Made by a program: the position numbers and the translations under genes. This document shows positions 56,586 through 64,000 of a stretch of DNA of 64,000 nucleotides, piece after piece. Where the stretch lies: assembly GCA_964016885.1 (NCBI GenBank), contig OZ024743.1:147126001-147190000 (forward strand). The letters run 5' to 3'. The number at the start of each line of letters is the position of its first letter. The stretch's first letter is position 1. Below the pieces are notes generated by a model. It worked only from the letters and a program-made list of their open reading frames with translations, was not told where the DNA came from and made no database searches. The DNA is from Eledone cirrhosa. Lineage: Eukaryota.

Positions 56586-57050
56586 TTCTTCTTCTTCTTC
56601 TTCTTCTTCTTCTTCTTCTTCTTCTTCTTCTTCTTCTTCTTCTTCTTCTTCTTCTTCTTCTTCTTCTTCTTCTTCTTCTTCTTCTTCTTCTTCTTCATCG
56701 AGTCATCAACCATGCCTTTACGAGGGCCCTATCAGAAGCAACGATCTCCAATTAATTTCCTTGGATTTCTAAGCGAAACCAGCCGAGCTCTTGGTTGTTA
56801 TCCAAACATTTCGCTCGTGGTCTACATCTGGAGCCAGCTGGTGTTGTCAATAAAATCTGCCCAGTGACATTCTAACCTCATATCTGTTGTACCAGGGTTG
56901 TGATATCTCAATTTGGAGAATAATGCCTCTATCTGGAGCGACTCTCTGATCTCCGAGCCCCGAACACTATCGAGTAATGTTACTTTGGAGGAACCCCATT
57001 TTAGCCGTTTATATTCTGGATCGTGTTCTTTCTGGCAATACTCAAGATTC
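56586..57050 (-). pseudogene. degenerate RTE LINE 3' end next to a (GAA)n tract
   Basis: VTLLDSVRGSEIRESLQIEAL motif; about 37 TTC units at 56586-56697. Confidence 0.6.
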
Positions 57051-57721
57051 ATGACTATAGGTAAACATTACTAATATATCACACTTCAAGTATCCACAGT
57101 AAAATGTGATGCATAAAGGAATAATAATATTCGTATTGATGATGGAGATGAGAGGGGTAGAGTATTTATTCGTTGCCATTCGAACACTGAAACGGCGAAA
57201 TCATAGACCTACAGATATAATTAATTTAAGGGCAGGTGGATAAGTGCGAGCAGAGTGAGAATACATGATTTCTAAATTATGTATAAGTTGACAGGTTCGG
57301 GAAGAGAAACCAGATGATTATGTCAACGTTTACGCAAGAATAGTAATTATTTTTTCAATCACGTTAATTTTTTTAGGCAAACTCAACTCTAGCAGGATTG
57401 GAACTCAGACATAGACATAAGTAAATTCTACAAGTTATATTGTTCGACTTAAACAGTCAAATAATAAAACTGTTGCATATTTTTTAACGTGGTAATGAAA
57501 ATACAATCTCGTGGGAAGCTTATATTCATCATATATTTTCCTGGGGGCATTAGCACAATAACTGAAGTAATTCCAACTGGAAAGTGGTAATTGCTCTTAA
57601 AATTAATTTGTTGAGAGCCTACTTCTGCAAGAGAATGTCAGTGATGATGATGATGATGATGATAATGATGATGATGAGGAAAATGATGATGATAATGATA
57701 ATGATAATGGTGATGATGATA

Positions 57722-58148
57722 ATAATTGTTTCTACATTTGGCACAAGGCTAGTAATTATCCCAGTGCATTACTGGTACTTTATTTTATCGACCCCGTAAG
57801 GATGAAAGGCAAAGTTAACCTCGGCGGCATTTGAACTCAGAATGGCAAGGGCCGTAACTCTATGCGCCAAAGCATGGCGTCCGACCCTCTACCGATACTG
57901 CCAATCCATGCCTTGGTGATGATGATAATAATGGTTTCTGATTTAGGCACAAGAGCAGCAATTGTTTGGGGAGGGGAAATTCGATTACGTCGACCCCAGT
58001 GCATTACTGGTACTTTATTTTATCAACCCGTAAAAATGAAAGGCAAAGCTAACCTCGGCGGGGTTGGAATTCAGAACGTAAAGTGCCGTAACTCTATGCT
58101 GCAAAGTATGTTGTCCGACACTCTAGCGATACTGCGAATCCACCACCC
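57722..58148 (-). mobile_element. SINE S1 pair (short and long variants)
   Basis: Two head-to-tail copies. Confidence 0.88.
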
Positions 58149-58199
58149 TTAATAAAAAAAGAAAAATAATAACAATAATAATTGTTTCCCTTATTGCCC

Positions 58200-59400
58200 A
58201 CAAAGGCCGACATATACGAGATAATGCAATACACGGGGTCAGTGGAGGCTTTACACAATACGAGTAAACAAAATAAAAACAATAACAATAAACAAGAAAA
58301 ACTGATCCTGAACCACCCCACGCTTCGAGAGCACCCGGGAAAGGCACCCCTCTCCTCCCCAAATACACTAGCCTACAGGCGCATGTCTGTCTTCAATCCT
58401 TTCAACCTGGTCCACCACACAACCTTTTTTGCTACCACCACCAGACAGAAGAAAATTGGCTGCCCTTCCCAGCCAAAAGAAGGTGGCGGGTCGATCTTCA
58501 ATATGGATTTGACTGATAGCCGGATTCGTTCTACACACCATAACAGCTATTCGACATTACTCCAAAATCAGCAATGCACGGACACTGGACGAGTGCCTGC
58601 AGAATGGTTTCACCGCTCTGCACGCATCTCTGGCAGGTCCGTTAGACAGCACTACCGTGTCTATAGAGTTTATCTCGAATCGGCATGCATCCCGGTAGCA
58701 TGTCCAAGCGAGGGATTTCTGGAAGTTATCCATAGTCCCCGGTTCAAAAGTCCTGCGGAACAGACCTCTGCGCCTTGGCCAAAATCATAAACTCTACGTT
58801 GAGCAGGGTTATGGGCCTGAAATTGTCTAACGTATCCCTCTTGCTCTCTTTCCTCATCAGTGTGACTACGCCCTAGCTCACAGAACTAGGAATACTCCCG
58901 TTCTGCTGCCAGTTGCAGTAGAGCGCTTCGAGGAGATCGGCCATCTAGTCTGGCATATCTACGTAAAGCTCGTAGGGCAGAATATCCAAAACGGTTGACT
59001 TGCGCCTCATGCAGCCGACTAGGGTACCCTGAATTTCGGCTAAAGTTATCGACCTTTCGCAGCGCTAAGCAGCGGCCTTCGAGAGACGCGGTAGTTCGTC
59101 GAGGTAGGGACTGAAATCCACCACCGTCTCCAACACCAAATAGGCGAGTAAAGTGCTGGAAAAGGCCTTACACATCACCCTGGAATTGTTCAGCTCGAGT
59201 CCGTCTTGGTCGGTCCATCAAAGACCGAATTGTATTCTTTTTTCTTTTACCACGCTGTGCCACTGTCACGCGGGCCTATCGAGCAGCTTTGGTTCCCTAG
59301 TTTCTTCGAGCACGCACCTTGCACCTGTCAAATTCCTTTTATTCCATGAGCACCCATCGCAAAGACAAATTACAAAAACGGTGGAGAATTATTTAGAATC
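58200..59400 (-). pseudogene. L1/Tx1-clade ORF2 remnant with the RT core deleted
   Basis: DFSPYLDELPRLS..ITLAEI..LPYELY..GVVTLMRK..NFRPITLLNVEFMILAK joined to PIRDKL..CQRC...ETILQALVQCP. Confidence 0.85.
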
Positions 59401-60100
59401 AAGTATAATACGGAGCATGAAAAATAACAGTATAACACAAAAAGATATGACAAGAGCCGATAAAAAGTTCAGTCACATAGGGTCAAACAGAGAACTACAA
59501 ATATCTAATGATTTCAAAAGTAAGTGCATTTTTCCCCAACTGTATTCTCTGGTTTACAGACGCATTCTCAAAGTAGGGCTTTCCATTTGGACTATACTAT
59601 CCACTCCTTTCCGTCGCTCTGTAAATTTACTGGGATGTAGCACTCCTTTCTCCGCCTTAGCATTCTTCTCTAAGGGAATCGTTTGATGGAGGGCTGAAAA
59701 AAATCTTTTCAATCTTGTGCAGCAGACTTTTCTTTCCTCCTAGCTATCTGAGTGAGAAAAGTGAGATAGCGTTCCTCAAAATGGTTTTACTGGATAGCCG
59801 GATCTGTCCCACAAGTAAACGATGTTTCTATACTGAATAAGTGCGTTCAGAACGGTTAAATGGCCTTGTAAACATCTCGGGCACATACGTCCGTCACCAC
59901 TACTAATTGTTGTAGAATATTTCTCGAATCAGCAAAACCCTGGTATCACTGCCATAGTCTCTGGGTCGATCGTCTACAGAAACATATCCGCTAGTTGAAT
60001 CTTTTCGATGTCCAGAGTTTTCTCAGGAATATCGCCAGATATCCTCATCACTAGCCCTCTATAGAATGTTAAAGTGGAAATTAAGTCGGATTCATTGTTA
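59400..60100 (-). pseudogene. second, older L1/Tx1 3' fragment
   Basis: RMCPRCLQGHLTVLNALIQYRNIVYLW zinc-knuckle-like remnant. Confidence 0.5.
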
Positions 60101-60264
60101 ATTTGTAGATAACCATGAGTTTCCAACAGCATTTCTGATGACAGGCGCTCAGTATTAGTTTATTTTTGACCCAGGACTCTAGACTCGCCGAATGGATAAA
60201 GTAGCGGGAAAAACGTGACTGACTAATTTTGCTAATAATAATGTTTATTTAATAATGCTAATAA

Positions 60265-60451
60265 TAATTGTTTCTACTTTAGGCACAGGGCCAGCAATTA
60301 CCCAGTGCATTACTGGTACTTTATTTTATCGACCCCGTAAGGATGAAAGGCAAAGTCAACCTCGGCGGGATTTGAACTCAGACTGTAAGGGGACGTAACT
60401 ATGCTAGAAAGCATGGCGTCCAACCCTCTACCGATACTGCCAATTCACCGC
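60265..60451 (-). mobile_element. SINE S1 with target site duplication
   Basis: GCTAATAATAATGTTTATTTAA on both sides (about 60231 and 60450). Confidence 0.9.
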
Positions 60452-61314
60452 TAATAATAATGTTTATTTAAACATGATTAAAAGGCCTAAGTAGAAACAT
60501 TACAATAGATATAAAGATGTTTGTAACAATGTAATGTCCATTTCCCATAGCACATGAGTCAACAACCAGATAGGCTAGGCTATTATAATACAAAATGACA
60601 ATCATTATGATGCTATGATGATGAGGGTGATGATAATGATGACGACGACGACGACGACGACAGTGACAACGTTTACGATAATGATGATGACGACAACAAC
60701 GATGATGTCGATGTAGATGACGGCGACGACGACGTCGATGATAATGAGGATGAAGAATAGGATGATAATGATGATGATGATGACGATAACTATGATGATG
60801 ATGATGATGACAGCGATAACGCTAACGATAATGATTAATCACTATGAAGGAGGCATATCTATTATAAACTGATAGCATCTATCAAATGGTAGACTTAAAT
60901 TACAAGTATTACTCGCATGTTTACATAGTTAAATTATATTCAACACAAAATAACACCATAATACATTCTTATGCGATCTGAAGAAGAAAAAAGTCATGTA
61001 TGAGGAAATATCTATATATTTATACTTATTTATTCGTGGGCTGTGGTGCCGCTGAAGTGTCGTTTCAACTCTGTATGAGTGTTATATTCCGAGCCACTGC
61101 ATCTCTATTTCTTCTTCCCATTTACTATGATATTTATGGCTGAAAGTCCCCCTTATCACCAATAATTTTGCATTTAATGATATTGGACACAAAACAAGAG
61201 AATACCCTATAAAATGAAAAGAAAACAACAATGGCTCTGAACATTTTCCTGCCTTCGAGATTTCCTACATTTCTAAATATTTCGACTCACTCGTCGTTCC
61301 ATTATAGATTCACG

Positions 61315-61495
61315 AATTGGCAGAGTCGTCAGCACGTCGGATAGAATGCTTTACGGTATTCGTTCCTGTTCTCTGCTCCTGGAGTTCAAATCATCCCGCC
61401 GAGGTCAACTATGCCTTTCATCCTTTCGAGGTCGATAAAATAAAGCACCAGTAATGCCTGGAATAATTGCTGACCTTGTGCCAAAAGTAGAAACA
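61315..61495 (+). mobile_element. SINE S1, older copy
   Basis: A and B boxes and central domain present. Confidence 0.8.
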
Positions 61496-62069
61496 AAAAC
61501 TTCAATCATGACATTTTAAAAAAAAACTTCACTTTTGAACTTGCCACTACGACAAAAGCAAACGAACTACATTTGAAAGGCATAGTATCAGGACAAATTG
61601 ACCAATGAATACTCAATGAATTAATAGAATCTGAAATTGCCAGTTACATATATGGTTATTAGTCACAATGAAACCCTAATAATTTTTAAATGTTTGATAA
61701 TGTCACAAGAATTACATCGGTGTGAGAAAAAAAATACAAAATGCAAATTTCTACCCATAACACTAAAAAATTAGTGACCTCAGAATTATCCTGTCTTACT
61801 AGTTATTTACTAATAGCATATAACACTGATGTTTATACTATTCAACAGAGGAGCACAAAACAAGCAGAATGAATGTGTATCAATGTAAAGAATATGTGTA
61901 TGTAAACATGGGAGAATACCAATGTCAAATACTATTGTTATGGAGTCTAGGACAGGTAAGGAAGCGATGAACGACCTGGTCTCTTGCAACAGAATAGTCC
62001 AAATAGCCAGATAGCTGAACGAAGGATTAAGTCTGCCATGCAAATATGGAAAATCTAAAGGTGTATACT

Positions 62070-62400
62070 ATAGAGGAAATTTAGCCGGGCATTTGACCGG
62101 ATTCAATAAACATTAAAATGTAATTAGAAAAATGCATTGAAACAAATCTAAGAGTTATAATTTTTCAAAATAAAAATGTCGTCGTCTAGACACAGAAATA
62201 AGATTAGAAGATGGTAACATATAAATTCATAGGGCAGATGAAACAGATAGATTACAACATATGACAGAGTGAAAATACCCCCAGAGTAGTGTTCTGTACG
62301 CTACATATGGTGAAATCTCACATATATAATATAGAGAGCTGAAAGATTGCAAGATAATCGATGCAATTTATAGAAAAAGCTGCCACTAGTAATATTTAAT
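62070..62400 (+). pseudogene. possible ancient LINE RT remnant
   Basis: AFDRI and PQSSVL motifs at plausible spacing, heavily decayed. Confidence 0.3.
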
Positions 62401-63343
62401 ATCTAAAACTAAAAATCAATAGAGACAACAGCAATAAAATTAATCGAGTAGAGAATGGTTTTTAAAGCCAAATGTTGAAAGAAACGGACTTAGAAGTCCT
62501 GAATATAAGTAACTGAAAGAGAACATTTTAAAACAATATCATATGAGTATCAAAACTACGAATCCCAAAGATAATATTAATAATTATTTCTCGTGGGAGA
62601 ATGTCATTTCAGATTTACGGGAGAAAGGAAATGGAAAATTCTAGTATCCGTTGAATTATCTTCATTGGTAAAACACAGAATAAATGAATTAGAGAATATC
62701 TAGTTTATAATTGAAACCAGATTCAATTAACCTCGGATTTATTACAACAATCACAATTTTATGACAGAAAGGATTTTTATTTTTAGTGGCATGGATGCCA
62801 ATCTTTGGATAATTTTTAGTCAAATTACTGACATTTCATAATAAACCAACAAATGAAGCTTTTAAAATAGTCTCCAACCAGCTAGAAATAGTAGCCAAAT
62901 TTCCCATAAACGCTACTCTCATCTTTAGAAATAGGCCTGTCACTCAGAGCTGATTAGGAGGCAAACCGTTTGACACATAATCACGACTCCACGATAAAAT
63001 TACACTTTATGAAGTTGCTTGACCTGCTAGTAGTAAAGTAATCTTCCTCAAATTACACCTTACTCTGTTAAAAAAGGTATATTGGATAGTGTAAACCTAA
63101 AATACATCATGTGTTAAATAAGGTGATCTGGTCAGGTTCGCAACATCAATGATCATTGGACCCCAGAACCTGATTAAACAATTACAACAAAATCAACAGT
63201 AGCAACTACAGTAACTAGTATGTAATTTATTAATACAGCTTCACCAGAAATTGAATACTACTTTCTTGGTTTTCCTTTTAACTCGATGATATATATGTGT
63301 GTGTGTATATATATATATATATGTATGTGTGTATATATATATA

Positions 63344-63531
63344 TAATTGTTTCTACTTTAGGCACAAGGCCAGCAATTACCCAGTTCATTACTGGTACTT
63401 TATTTTATCGACCCCGTAAGGATGAAAGGCAAAGTTAACCTCGGCGGGATTTGAACTCAGATCGTAAAGGGATGTAACTATGCTGGAAAGTATGGCGTCC
63501 GAACCTCTACCGATACTGCCAATCCACCGCC
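63344..63531 (-). mobile_element. full-length SINE S1
   Basis: GGGCGGTGGATTGGCAGTATCGG head through GTAGAAACAATT tail. Confidence 0.92.
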
Positions 63532-64000
63532 CTTATATATAATATAATGAGGCAAAATATATATATAATAGTGATTTTCAAGTGTCAACAGTGTGCGCGA
63601 TATTAGCTGAATCTTGTTTAAGTGGTTCTCTTCAATTTAATTCTCTTTAATTGTTATGGGATAACTGTAATTTGACGAGTAAATTATAATAATGCATTTC
63701 TGATCAAAACGTATATTACAACATTATATATATATAATTTAATATTGCTCATAGTAGCTAGCCGTCCACAGAATATTGTTTTTATTGTTTAACACCTTAC
63801 CGTAATAGTTCACTTTAATATGACGTTTACTCGTCAATAATCAGAATATAACTATTATTTCTTAATCTCGTAATTTACTGTAGATAATTTAAATACTCTT
63901 TTGACAAGATGGGAAATAAGTTAAATATTGTGTCAATTCATTATCCATGCACCATACGGAAGTTGAGATCTCCGTATTACAGACATGTCAACTTCTAAAA

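Noticed and set aside
59153-59686. 177-aa and 202-aa plus-strand ORFs (also 58182-58790)
   Set aside because: Antisense shadows of the minus-strand L1/Tx1 remnants

Overview
AT-rich eukaryotic repeat landscape with no confidently identifiable host gene. The microsatellite load and SINE families look like an octopus/cephalopod genome (inference from recalled repeat sequences, not a database hit). Nearly all listed ORFs are translations of (TA)n/(CA)n/(CAT)n repeats. Recognisable content: about 30 tRNA-headed SINE copies, and fragments of Penelope-like elements (PLE; two GIY-YIG pieces, one RT piece), RTE, R4/Dong, CRE, L1/Tx1, Helitron, Tigger/pogo and a MITE. The main observation is that the short unique islands inside the (TA)n tracts between about 9.8 and 34 kb repeatedly fold, by eye, into type I hammerhead ribozymes (HHR). 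There are at least 9 sequence-unrelated families. Several have non-canonical cores (U3-A8, U3.G8, A4), enlarged stem II or stem III, and compensatory base changes. Two families form ORF-less tandem units of about 532 and 590-610 nt with an HHR per unit, like retrozymes. Four families share the architecture inverted arm + forward arm + 80-90 nt tail. All folds were derived by hand and none has been tested.
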